Positions 1 through 12,300 of a stretch of 64,000 bases of DNA are shown piece by piece. Within the stretch, counting starts at the first letter, position 1. Each line of letters begins with the position of its first letter. This stretch comes from Raillietiella orientalis (taxonomy: Eukaryota). Under the pieces are notes generated by a model. That model was given only the letters and a program-made list of their open reading frames with translations, made no database searches and was not told the origin of the DNA. The position numbers were made by a program, and so were the translations under genes. Location: assembly GCA_036172245.1 (NCBI GenBank), contig JAYWIR010000001.1:992001-1056000 (forward strand), written 5' to 3'.

Positions 1-1280
1 CAATCCATCCGTTCTCGCCCGGTTGTCCCTGGTGTTTACTAGGGTAAACACACTGGGAGCGCAGTTCCCAAAGGAAGGGCTCGCCGCCGACTCGCAGGTC
101 GTTTCCCGCAAGAGCGGGAGAGAAGGGGACAATAAATAAATGGAAAAAAGAAAGGAGGGGTAAAGGTGAGGGGCGTTTAGTCAGCCGCTCGTTCCTTCCC
201 GGAACCGGCGCGGAGCGCCAGCGACCTCCGTGGCGACTTCTTCCTGCATGTGAGGTCGCCCTCGCGTAGGCTGCTGCCTCGCGGGGTGACCTCCCTCCGC
301 TCAGCCCGACACTCCAGCACGTGGCGGGCTGCGATCATCCATCGTTACCACCACGACTCCTGGCCAGGATCCGCAGTTTGACCAAGGCGGCGTCCTCCGG
401 GTTCAGCAGCCTTGAAGGCAGTCCCCGCCGCAGTTCGTGGTTGACATCACACCGTTTCAAAAGTTTAGTGCCGAAACTCCCCTGGAACCGGGTCTCATTC
501 CGTCTGCAGTGGGCACCCCAGTGCAGGCAACAGCAGCACGTCCGCTTTCGAGCGTAGGGGGAGCATCTCAGTGTGCACGCATGTGGGGAGGTACTGCAAG
601 TGCTTCAGAGGGCAGCGCCAAGAAGATTGCCTCCACCGACGTGGTCCCTTCTCCCGGGAACGAGGGTTTCACCAGCTCGCTCGCGGTCCACCCACCAAGG
701 GGTTCAACTGCTCCTGCGATGGGGCAGGGGAATTCCCACCCCTCCGACTGGCAAGGGCCGCCGTTTGTCCTCAGGGAAGACGAGGCTGAGATAAGGGGTG
801 TGGCAGCCAGGCGGGACCACTCCACCCTGCCCTTCAGTGTATCCTTTAGAGGATGGCTCCGGAGACGCCACAGGGGCCAAGTACTGCTGGTCGCCTTTCT
901 AAGGTGGAAAGCAAAGGACGGGCTTCTGAGAAGGAGAGGCGAGTCGCCTCCGGGAAAAACCACGCCCCCGCACCCTGTAGCGGTCAACGATAAAAGTCCT
1001 TCGCTGCCGGTGGAAGGACAGGGCGAGCAGGGAGGCACCCACGTCGAGGCACCCACAATTTGGAGTCCACGGAGAGCGAGTTTCCGGGGCTGCATCTGCT
1101 GTCCGGCTTTTCCGAGCGTCGGGACGCCCAGGCCAGCTTCCTGACTCGGTGCCACCAAGTCTTTGCGGAGGTTGAGAGATCTCGAAGGTGTCCACAGGGA
1201 TTTCCTCAACGGACTTTGCGTCGGGAGCTTTGCCAAGTAGAGGGGCGGACAAACAAAAAAGCAAGGGGCGGACAGTACCC

Positions 1281-1392
1281 CAGATGGCGGCAACGGAGGG
1301 CAACGAAAGAGTTCCAGATGGTGGCAACGAGGGGCAACAAAGGTGTTGCAGATGGCGGCAACGGAGGACAACGAAGTTGTTTCAGATGATGG
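1281..1392 (+). repeat. 34-bp minisatellite, ~3.3 copies
   Basis: CAGATGGYGGCAACG..G.CAAC at 1281, 1315 and 1349; partial at 1383. Confidence 0.9.
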
Positions 1393-2382
1393 ACCGCTCC
1401 GGCAAGACGACGTTGCCATTGCGGAACGGCCCGAGAGCCGTCTCAGCGTTTTGAAAGCAGCCGGACCACGCTCCTTCAGCGCCCGAAGTCGCCCGACAGA
1501 ACGCCCGGGCACTTCAAGTACCTTACCCCGAGGATCAGCAGGCAGATCCAGTAGGAGTGCTTTATTCACGATGCTCCGACTTCCTGTTGACTCTCATGCC
1601 CGCTTACCGGCGGAGGATCTCGAAGAAAACCTCGATCCTAGACGCCGGTTTAGAAGGAAGAAACCGTCTGAAAGTTGCAGGAGTGACCCTTCAAAAGGAC
1701 GAAGCAGTCGGCCATTGTTGTCAAAAACATTCCTGCCCATCACTGTGTTCACCTCACAGTGCTTCTAAGAGACGGATCACTGAGGGACTACTGAGCACAA
1801 CGCGCTCCGTCTATCTTCTTCCGGTATCACAAGGTTACTCTTCGTGACGGCCTTGAAGGAACAAATGGGTTCCATTGTCCTCTAGTTTGTAACGAAACAG
1901 CCTTGGGAACGGCACCTCTACTGTCAAGGGACCTGTTTTGAGGTCCTGCTGCCATTTCTCCACCTGCTTTGCCACCATCCCGGAATGTCCCCTTTTTGAG
2001 GTCGCCTAAAGGCTCATCGGGAAAGCTCACCAAGACGACCAATCCGTTCTCGGTGTCCGCTCCTCAAGCTGAGGAATGGTCACCAGGAGTCATGGACGAG
2101 TCCTTCGCTTCCCATTGCCCACGGCAACCCGGCGCTAGCGCATCCTGTGCAGAATTTCGTAGGAAAGAACGCGCACGGGATTATTTCAGGAGCAAAATGC
2201 TTGGTCCTTGATGACGTTGGACTGCCAGGGGATCGCAGACCGTTGCTTTCCGGATACGTGGCTCCGGAAGTGACCCCTGCGATGCCGAGAAACCCCCTTT
2301 CCCTGTGATGGACCTTGCGATGTGTGAAATTTCAGCTCCCTGGTGCTCCCTATTCTTGGACGGGCTGCAGATGATTTCAAAT

Positions 2383-3090
2383 TCTTTTTTTCTTGGTTCG
2401 CCAAGTTCTCAAGAACCGTTCGCCTCCTTAGGGAGAGGTGGTCACGAAGCTCTTCAGCATCATCCAAGCGACCCGAGGGTGCGTCTAGTCCTTCCGTTTA
2501 GGAGGGATAACACCGTAGGGACCACCGTATAGAATCCAGGAAGATTCCAGAGGAAGGCGTCGACAGCTTGTTCCCGAAGGGAACCTCTTCCTCATTCCAT
2601 TCGAAAGGACCCCCTGAGGGGAAGGGAGACTCATCGCTTCTTCTTCGGAGGGAACCCGGAAAGAATCTGCTCCTGGAATTTCTTCTCCGGAGGGAACCCG
2701 CCCATAAGGGAACCGTTCCTAATTTCTTCTCTGAAGAGAGCTGCAAAGGGAGCAGAGCTCTTCCAACGCTCTGGGAAAGCAACCCCCGAGGGAGCATCAG
2801 TCAGCTCCATGGTTCCGCTCCATTTTCACAATCAGAAAGGGAATCTCAAAAGGCTCCTTGATCCCTGAAAGGCCGGTGGGTCAACCTCCAATCCCGGCCA
2901 GTCAACGGGGACATCCGGCTTCCACTAGTGCCACACCTGACGTCACCCGAGGCCAACCAGCGTCTGCGGGAGCAACTTGAAACTCACGACGCACCCTCCG
3001 TTCTTGGCGTCGATCCTTCTCTGGGCGGGATTCGAACCCTCAACGCTCGGTTCCGCTCGCGGAGATCTCAGCCACACGGCCCGCATTGCA
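2383..3090 (-). mobile_element. tRNA-derived SINE-like repeat, copy 1
   Basis: Reverse-strand B-box (GGGTTCGAATCCC, ~3027-3040), shared purine-rich body, and tail ..GGCGAACGGTTCTTGAGAACTTGGCGAACC + A-rich end, homologous to the other nine copies. Confidence 0.85.
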
Positions 3091-3865
3091 ATACAATCGT
3101 TCCAGTGCATCTGTTGCGGTACATCCGTTCCAATACATCATTGCCTTCCGATGTATCCGTCTTTAGATCAGATGCCTATGACAGCAGTGACAACAGGCCA
3201 TTTCAAGAGTACAAATGTAGCGATCCCTGTTACTAAGTCACTGTGGCCATCAAGAATGTCATCTTGCTCCCGTCGATGAACGGACGGATGCCCTCATAGT
3301 CGTCAACCACTTCAGGAAGCGTCCGTTATCATCCCGGTGGCCGCCGTTTAGTTTCTTTAGACCAGAGTCTTCTGTTCCACTTTTTCTACGTCTCTCCTCT
3401 CCCCCCCTTTCCTCTTTTTCCCTTGAGACCGCATTGGACACCGATCTGCTGCCTCGAAGCCTCTGAACTAGACACGCTGACTTTCCTGAGCTGACGCGCC
3501 GAAGATTCGCTTTGCAATCTTCCGGCTGAGGTCCCCCTGCTGCGTGCGCTGGTCAGAGGATGTGGTAGGATCCAGTGAAAGCCTTGCCCCTCGGCCGCCG
3601 CGGACAGGTGGGTGGTCCACAGGAGAGGCGTCCATGCGCACCAACCCCTAATGATGTTCTCTTTGCCGAAAGACATCCGTTCCCAATGGGCAGAGTTAGA
3701 CAGACAAGTGCAAAGCATGGTGGGGAGGTGCAGTGGACGCTGGAATCAAGAAGGAAAGAGAGCAGCTGCCAATACCCGGCGCAATCTGGCAGCTGAGAGC
3801 ACTCTCCGCTGGAACATAAAGAAGTTTGGTTCAAAATATCCCCAACGACGAAATCCTGAACGATC

Positions 3866-3891
3866 AAATGTACATTAAATATGTATTTACA

Positions 3892-3940
<49 letters not shown>

Positions 3941-4480
3941 GAGAGAGAGATGTGAATATAGATATACACACACATATATATATATGTGTGTGTGTACATA
4001 TCTATATTCATATATATTTTCATGTTAGATATAGATATATTCATAAATATAATGAGCATATGTATTTATTTCTATAATCTTTAGTATATATATCAACAAT
4101 ATAATAAGGAACTTATCAATTATATCAAGAAAATGTTTGTTGATAATAAATCTGCTCCAGTAATATTGCTCTAAATGAATTACTATGCACACTAAAATAA
4201 AGTTGTACATTAATGTATGTACAATAAGCATATGTATTTATTTTTTGTAATCTTTGGCACTTATATGCACAATATAATCAGTAACTTATTAATTATATCG
4301 ATAAATTGTTTGTCGATAATAAATCTGCTTTAGTAATATTGCCCGTAACAATATATATGTTGTTACGGGCAATATTACTAAAATTCATATGTTGACACAT
4401 ATGAATAACTATGCGCTTAAAAATAAGTTGTACATTAATGTATCAATATATGAGGAATAAGAAGGCAAGTTTATTTTTTC
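3866..4480. repeat. AT-rich repeat family member, with (CT)n(TA)n(AG)n microsatellite and ~175-bp internal tandem duplication
   Basis: ATAATAAATCTGCTCCAGTAATATTGCTCT (~4143) is the reverse complement of ~59713-59742. The unit at ~4055-4228 recurs at ~4229-4445. Confidence 0.75.
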
Positions 4481-5144
4481 ATGACTGTTCGGGATTTTGA
4501 TCCGCATGGAAGATGACGGGGCGAAACACAGGGAAAGTCCTCAGTTGTGTGTTTGCGGTTTTACGTGGTTTTGCTTAGGAGCTTTCCTTTATGGCCACGC
4601 GTTCTCGGTGTGTGTATGTGTGACCATGTACCTTCCACACGAGCTCGGTTTCGTACAGTCGCGGTTCGGCTCGCTGCATGTTGGAAAGTGATTTCGGAGA
4701 GACGCTGCCGCGGCCGAGTCCCGCACCGGAGTCCTGGTTCCCTCATCCCCACGGGAGCGGTTCGGGACGCGTTCCCAAGGTTCCGCTTGGTGGCTCTTCC
4801 GTCTCGACGAAGCGCTTCCGGCTCGCAGCCTCAGACGACGCGGCGGCCTCCTTCCGCGCCGCGCTCCCCGCACGTCGGACCCCTCCCCTGCACAAGAAGG
4901 CGTGATTTCCCATGCGAGACGATTCCGCGAGTGCCTTCTGTCGCACGAGCCGCTTCCTGCCTCCTGCCTAGAGCCCTCCTGACAGCCCTGTGCAACGGCA
5001 AGTGCGCCGGTGGAATCTCCTGCTGAAAGGAAGATTTCTAAGGAAGGCATTTTGAAATCCTCCGTTGGAGACGTCTCGGACGGTAGTTTGAATGCTCGAT
5101 GGATGTGCAGCCACTGGAGCCCGGAGCCCCGCAATGGATCCAAG

Positions 5145-5950
5145 GCCCCCGTTGACGGCTTGCGGCGGCGGTCTTCTCTCGTGACACCAAGCGTCGCGGG
5201 TTCGTATCCCTCCCGGCAAGGGTCGGAGCAGAGAAATAGGGAATGCATCCTGAGTTTGGAGTCCCTCTCGCTGGTGTGGCACTGGGGGAAGCCAGAAACT
5301 GGATGCCTCCGTTGGGAGTTGGATCGGGATTGGAAGTGGACCCTCCGCAGTTCTTCCAGGAATCAAGGAGTCCTTCGGGATTTTCCTACGATGCGTGAGA
5401 GGAACGGACTTATTCCTCCGCAGCCTTCCTGGATCCATAGGGTGGTCCCTCCGATGTTGCCCCTTATAACTTGAAGACAACTGGAAGACTTGCACCCACC
5501 CTCGGGTGGGGTGGGCGGTGCTTAACCCTTTGAGTGCTATGAACGCATAGATGCGTCCGATGAAAATTATCCGCGTGGACTATGGACGCATCTATGCGTT
5601 TGGCATAGATGTTTTTACTTTGTAGATGCGACATAAGTGACGACTATCCATGTTTGAGATGGACGCATGGACTTATAATTTCTCATCATTCCCTTGGCAA
5701 CGACAGTAAACAAAATTCTGTGATAAGAAATTAAAGTGCATGCGTCCATCTCCAACATGGATAGTGTTCACTTAGTATCCACTGATGGAGCACGCAGTAC
5801 ACGAAAGGGCAGTCCGTCCACAGAGGCGCCACTGAGACTCGCGTGCCGTCAACGCAGAACGTTTCAATCCGACGAGCTCCGCACCCAAAGGGTTAAAGAG
5901 CTTTGTGATTCCTAAGGAGGCGAACGGTTCTTTAGCACTCGGCGAATCCC
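5145..5950 (+). mobile_element. tRNA-derived SINE-like repeat, copy 2 (internally deleted; interrupted by piggyBac MITE)
   Basis: Head CACCAAGCGTCGCGGGTTCGTATCCC at ~5185-5210. Tail resumes after the MITE as AAGAGCTTTGTGA..GGCGAACGGTTCTTTAGCACTCGGCGAAT. Confidence 0.85.
5526..5892. mobile_element. piggyBac-superfamily non-autonomous element (MITE), 367 bp
   Basis: TTAA at 5522-5525 and 5893-5896. TIRs CCCTTTGAGTGC / GCACCCAAAGGG (11/12 match, CCC termini). Removing it restores the contiguous SINE tail seen in other copies. Confidence 0.92.
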
Positions 5951-8739
5951 CGATGTAAAAGGATCGCCACCGCATTCTGTCCAAGGATCTGAGAGAACAA
6001 GCGCGTCATTCTTCGTGCACGCATCCAGTGTGGCCGCACGCGCCAGCTGATCTGCCGCCCACATCCATCCCAAGATGCCGCTGCTCCTGCGGTCGTGAAG
6101 ACCTCCAGCCCTGTATGTTGGGGAACTGCCGATTCTTCTTCATCGCCTCCGCATGGGTGACTCTTCCAAATGGGGATTCAGGAACTCGAACCACTCAGGT
6201 TCTCGATACGCCTTCCGCGGACTGACCAATTGTCCTCTCCGCCCCACGCCAGCCAAGGCCGGTCCACGAGGGAAGCAATTAGGAAAATCGTCCTCATCGC
6301 ATGCGCCAATCCGAGCTCTGCACGCTGCCTGGATACTGTCTCCATCCCTTCCTTCGCATCTTCGAAGGAATGGCACCACATCCGGGATCGAGCATCCTCC
6401 AGCGTGCTGCAAAGAAGATGCTGCATGCTCTGCATCCTCCGCGACCGGCACTCGTGCGAGTCTGGCTTCGTGTCTCCTATGCACTCTTCAGCGCGTCCTC
6501 CAGCATCCGGGAATTGAACTGAGCGCGCGAGCAGCCGTATGCAAGTTTTGAGAAAGATGCCAAGGAACGAAGAGGAAGGTGGGAGGGGGGGAAGAGTTAA
6601 AGAAAATGGAGAATGGAGGAGGAGAAAAGGGGCTTTTGTCTCCAAGAAGATGGGCGGAAGGGAAAGGACCCTAACGCGCTGCAGTCCCTTGTGGGATCTG
6701 TGTGCCGCAGAGTGGGAGAAAGATCGAACTGCGGGCGCCATTCGTCACGTGACGTAGGCGGTCTAAGTGCTGCCACATCTGAGCCATCCGATGAGAGCCC
6801 TCGAGACGATCGTCGACGCAGATCGCTTGCACGGAGAAGCCTGAGAACCACTGAGTTACCAAAGGGCCCGACCGGAGCAGCCCGGAGCTCGGAGATTCCT
6901 ACCGCGGAAAGGAGTGCTGAGATGAGGAAATAGGGAAGGGAAGGGACGTTCTCTAGGTGGGAAGCTGAGAAAAGCCTCTCTCCCTCGATCGAGCATCGCC
7001 TCTAAAAGCTTTTGGAAGCATTTTGAAGCCTCTAGAAGTCTCCGAAACTATCTCAACGGCTGTAGAGGCATCTGGAAGTTCCTGGAAACTCATATGTGGA
7101 TCGACTTCTGGGAGGTAGTCCGAAGGGCCTTCCTGCAGCCTGATAGAACCCCAGCATCGCCAAGGAGCCTTGCTGGACGTCAAAAGCGACCTTAGGGCAC
7201 TGTCCAGCCGATGGCGACGTGGTCCAGAGAATGGTGGCGTGCGTCCCCTCTGGGCGGAGGGGACGCACACCCTCTTCACCCTGACCCTTCGCTACCTGAT
7301 GGGGTGGCAATCCTCTTCTCCTGGGACCACCCTCAAAGCCCAGCTGAGGGCACGAGGCCCTTTCTTGACTTAAGACCTCTCCTTCCCGCCGGTACCACTC
7401 GACGCGGGAGTCCCTGACTCGAAGAGTAGGACAGAAGGGGAGATGGAGATAGGCGGACGGGTGGGGGTGGGGGGAGCGAAGCTTCTCTCTCGGAGGATGA
7501 GGTATCGTTGTCTTAGGAAGGAGGGCGCTCCTCCCGTGAGGGGAAAGGAAAGGAGGAAGGAAGGAGGATCCAAGGTCCCCGTCCCCCCGGAAGTCGCCGG
7601 GTGGACGACTCCCGCCTTCCCGAGGGAGACGGACTGTCGGACTCCGACCTGGCGGCCTTCCTGCGATTCCAGGGGACACTCGCATGGGCCGCCCATTCCG
7701 AGATGGACTTGCAGGTTGCGTCCTGAGCCAGGGAGAAACGCGCTCTCGACCGACCGCGCGTGCGCGCAGGCGGGCGGAGAAAGGAGCAGGAGGAGGGAGA
7801 CCGGAAGAGGAGCTCCCATGCGGAAGGCCTGATCGTATTTCCAGGACGCTGCCGCCGATCGGGAATGATTTATTTTTGGCGGGAAGCGCGGCATCCTCTC
7901 CCGCGCCTGCTGTCCCTTACGGCGATGCCATGCGTGTGCCCGTCGGGACTCAGGAGGCTGGCAGCCAACCATCTCGAAGCTGCGGAGGTCCGCGGCGCGC
8001 TAGCGTCTCGGCTGTGCATCGCGGAGTGCTGCTCGTGCGTGGGGACTCACGTGGGTGAGCGGAGGAGCGCTACTTCCGGCTGCTGCTGCTGCTGCTGCTG
8101 CGATCCGGTAAGCCCAATGACCTTCCGTGGAATGCCTTCGGGCGCAAGTGCGGCACCGCGTCTCCCGCCCCCTCTCCTCGCGGGAAATGCCCTCGGTAGG
8201 AAGGAAGGCGAGGGTCGGCTACAAGCGACCGCCCGGGGGGGAAGGCCTCCACCTTGCGCCCCCCAGCAGCACCCTCGCCTCGGACGACTGCGGGGGTCTT
8301 CGGACTAGACTCGCGACAGAGCACGGAGGCGACCCTCTGGCTCTGCCTGGAGACGACTTTCGTGGTGAAGGATCAAAAGAAGGGGCAGTTTGCAAGTCTT
8401 CCAGCGACCGTCGCGTGAGTAAAAAAAAAAAAGGGGGAGGGGGAGCGAGAGTGAAGGCGGGGAGGATTCACAGCTTCCGGCGTCAAGCAAATCGAGCAGG
8501 AAGAACGGGCTAACCGAAAGGGGCAGAACTGCCGCCTGTCGGTTCTCCTGTTCTTCCTCGTCGCCGCTCTTACAAGACGAGGTCCATAGACCCGTCCGGG
8601 ACCGTCCAGCGAACGCGAGGGAGGGAACAAGGCGAGGCATTGCCCTGGAGACGGGATGAAGGTCACCCCTTCCACTGCGCCTCTGAGGGTCGAAGAGGAA
8701 CGCGTGCCAGCTATCTCTTCAGGGTCCCTAAGGGCTCAA

Positions 8740-9300
8740 GGGGCGGTCGCTCTGCTAAAGAGTAAGGGGGCCACCGGATCCAGGGGGTTGGTAGCCACCT
8801 GTTTCCTCCGCGCACAGACTCCGCGCATCCCTCTGGGAGACCATCGATCGCGCCTGCGGTCTTGGCCATTTAACGCGCAGCCGGATATACCGTGGTGCGT
8901 GGTAGGGTGGCGACTTGGCGTGTACGAACAAGACACGCGAGTGCCTACGATCAGAGGTTCCGTGCCATCCGGGCATGGTGTGCGGGTGTGTGCGCACGTC
9001 CTCAGTGCTCAGGTTAGACCGGACAGCACGCAAGCCGTCTATTCCGTGCACGGGATACGGTACGCCCTCTATGCATAGAGCCTTAGGAGGAAAGGAACCT
9101 ACCACAGTGGTAGCGGAAATGGTGGCTGTATAGATTCTGTGCACGGTGAAGGGTGCGTTTCCAAAGAGTTTGTCGCGACCGAAGAGATGGTGGTACAGCA
9201 TTTACGATGTTTGTTGTTATTGGAGATAGAAAGGCGCCGCGTGCGTACAAGCTCGACGCCCTACTCGTGCAGCGAGAGCACCTGAGAGCGCCTCCAGAAT
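8740..9300 (-). mobile_element. Possible highly degenerate non-LTR ORF1 (RRM + zinc knuckle)
   Basis: LCIEGVPYPVHG..SNLSTEDVRTH..PRYIRL then RGMRGVCARRKQV..PLDP: layout resembles the ORF1 at 53990-54420, but key Cys/His are lost. Confidence 0.3.
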
Positions 9301-12300
9301 GCGCTCTGGGGACGGACGTTCGCGGTCAACCCTTTTTCGGCAGGGTCCGATGCAGAGGTGCAGTCTGCATAGAGCTGTAAGGGAGTTTCCGGAAGTTCCC
9401 GGAACACTTTGGGAGTCCGCTTCCGCTTTCGCACTGCCCAGCACAGCTCAGGCGGCATCTTCATTCTCCCTCTCTCCTCCCTTCCCGGCGCACGCACGCA
9501 ACCTCTCTTCCCCTTTCCTTCCAATGACACGAGATGGCGGATGTCCGCGAAGCCTGCCGCCCTTCAGGCAGTACCGTCGCGGCTCTTCTGCTCACACGTC
9601 GGGGTGATGTAGGAGACGAGTCGCGCACGCGCGCGGGAGCACCACACGCGTGCGAGGGCGGAAAAGCAGCTGTTCTGGGTGTTCGGGCAGGATGGAGTAC
9701 CGTGGGGAGGTGTCCTGTTCGTTCCCAGGTCACCAAACGCTCGCTTCTCTGGAAGATGGTTTCGAACGTACCTCTACGCTTGTTCTTCTTCTGCATTCCA
9801 CGGCAGCATGGCTGTTAACCTTCGGATGCTTGAGTGCTTCCTCCATTTGTTTTTTTTTCTTCATCTTTTTCTTCCCTGCTGGCGGGTCCACGAGCTATCC
9901 GTCCTCCTTGAAGTGGCTGGTACTTCTTTTTTCGAAATCTACGCGCTCTCGCCTCATCCCTGACGTCTCCTCTGACCTCCAGGACGGCCTTTGCTTTACG
10001 GGGAAACTTCCCCTTCGAAACCCTCCGCAGAGACCGCGGCCTCCCTCCCGCTCACCGCAAGTCAGGAAGGGCCGTGAGACCAAGAGGAGGGAAGGAATTC
10101 CAACACGGTAGGAGCCGGACCTCAGCCTGCACCTTGCGCGTTCGGTCGCGTCTGCCGGAGCGAATTCCCTTCCCGTTCAATCCCAGAGCACTAGACGGGA
10201 AGACGAAGGGTCGGCAAAGGGGACAGCCTCTCGCTTTCCGACATGAAACCAGGACGCGCTCCAGAAGGACCGGGGCGGTCGAAGAAACGCAGGATGATGG
10301 TGAAAGGGGGGCGTCCTTTTCCGGACAGCCGAAGTTTCGTCGGTTTCTGTCCGCCCCTTGAGGGAAGCTGGAGAGGAGTAAGCGGGTAGCGGGCAGAACG
10401 CTTGCTGCTGTTGCCAATGGGAATCTTCCACCGCGGAAAACAAACTCAACAGCTAGCAAGCCTGTCACTGCGAGACGTCGAGGACGTCCCGCGAAAAGAC
10501 TCCCGACGCGCGAGCAGGTCGTCTCCAAGGGAATGGGTCTCGGAGCTCGTGCGGCACTCAGGGCGCGCATAACAGTTTTCATGCCTCTCTGCATCCAGGA
10601 TCAGCGGCTTCGTCGCAACGCTTGCGCCGTTCTTCCATTGCGAACCGTTAGAGCGTGTGCGCACGCGTCAGCTTTCGCCGCCTTCTCGTGTTCGCTCGTT
10701 TCGCGCTTTCCGTTTCCAAGACCGCCTCTTCTGGATGAAGCTGGAAGCGCTCGAACGAGATCGCTCATCGCAGGAGACACGACGGAACGCAGGACGTCCT
10801 CCAACGAGCAATCTGCTGGGGGGCCAAGCTGGGGGGCAGTCGGGTGATGACCGCACCGCGCGTCGTCGAGGGCGCGTTTCTTTCAAAAACCAGTGGCGTT
10901 TCCGGAGCCGTTCAGCTGCATCCCTTCTTGCACGTCGGAGGTGAAGCGCCCGACGCGCGGACTCGGGAGCAAGAAGGCTTGACGGTGCCCGAAGGCAACC
11001 GGATCTGATTTGAGTTCCGAGAATGACGAGAGGACGGATTGATTTTCCCTTTCGGACTCTTCGCGGGAAGAGCAGATCCGAACGAACGAAGCCAAGAGAG
11101 GACACTCAGCCGACCAAGAAACGAAAGAAACAGAACAAGCTGGAGCTGGAATCGAAGGCGACTCCTACTCCTAGATTTTCCGCACCTGAATTTCACCTTG
11201 GCGTCGTAGTCAACTTGACATCGAGAGGTTGCGTTCATCTTCTTCAGCTTTCTGAACCACGGGACAGACAGTGTCTTGCGTGAATGCCATCCGGGAAATC
11301 GGGCAGCTGCCACGTCAGGGCACAACCGACGTATCCACGTGCTTCAGAGGATCCCAGATACCACCTTGAAGGAACACTAGCTGGAAGAAGGGGAGTGTTT
11401 CGGAAGGTGCGGAGATAAATGTTGATGGACTGTTGATGTTGATGGGCATGTTGATGGACAACTGAGGAAGGAAAGTCCGACGGACGCAAGCCAAGCGAGT
11501 GGGTCAAAAATTCCTGATGAGTCCTCCAGGCTGAGCACAACCGACGTGCTCACGCGCTTCAGAAGATTATTGCAAAGACCATCGGCGTGGAAGCCGATAT
11601 GCGTTACTGGAGGGACCAGGACATGCCTGCGCTTGCCCGCAACTTGCAGCTTTGTTGTGCGTCTTCAGCCTCGACGGCAATCGCCTCTGGCCACTGGCGA
11701 TCCCGTGCGGACCAGGCTGGGAGGGGCGTTCCTTCTGTTCTGGGGACCGTTCGCCACGCTTGCTTTCTCGCAAAGTATGGGGTGCGTTTCTTGAGAGGAA
11801 GCGGAGATTCGAGCGTCGCAGACCTACCTCCACCACCTCGCACATGAGGTCGCTCCCAGCATGCGGAAGAAATGGTTGCGACACCTCACCTACTGAAAAG
11901 GGGGACATTCCTAGAGGAGATGATTCGGCCGCGCCCTCTAGAAGAACTTTTCTTCAGGAGTGGTTCATGATCGGTCGATAGTAAGAACTTTGGCTGTTTG
12001 TTCGTGAAGGTGCTTCTCGACCACTTCTAGATTGACGGTCCTGATGACCGATAATCGATAGAAACGCCTTCTTCGTGCCAACCCAGCAGGCTTTCAGTCT
12101 TGGGTAGAAAGCAAAAAAAAAAAGCGGCCAACCATCGCCAGTCCTTTCCAGCACCCTGAAGAAAGAAAAAATTCCATCTTATGAGAAGAAAGGCTTTCGA
12201 TCTCCAGGATTTTCTCCGGTCTTGTGACCTCCCAACTTCCATTCATACCTGCCAGCTTGAAAGAAGGAGAAACACAGAGGCGCACGCCTTTGATAACTCC

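Noticed and set aside
1281-1392. CRISPR-like array
   Set aside because: Head-to-tail 34-bp units without unique spacers, eukaryotic context, no cas genes.
437-1768. Long ORFs 568-1569 (-) and 437-1144 (+)
   Set aside because: Low-complexity S/P/R/G-rich, open in several frames, no domain; includes a 34-bp (non-triplet) repeat. Possibly decayed retroelement, not supportable as a gene.
3150-3270. WD40 fragment on minus strand (ILDGHSDLVTGIA..VVTA)
   Set aside because: Single short motif with a stop and no neighbouring repeats.
5490-5950. HDV-like ribozyme in the SINE tail (CCCTCGG loop, long stem, GGCGAA)
   Set aside because: Could not find the P1/P2 pseudoknot pairings; two simple hairpins explain it. 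An RNArobo/Infernal scan would settle it.
6000-7400. RNase H / APE-like traces on the minus strand
   Set aside because: Catalytic motifs are not recoverable; resemblance is subjective.
12035-12070. Hammerhead ribozyme (CTGATGA...GAAA)
   Set aside because: Stem II would need a 1-nt loop and stems I/III cannot be formed.
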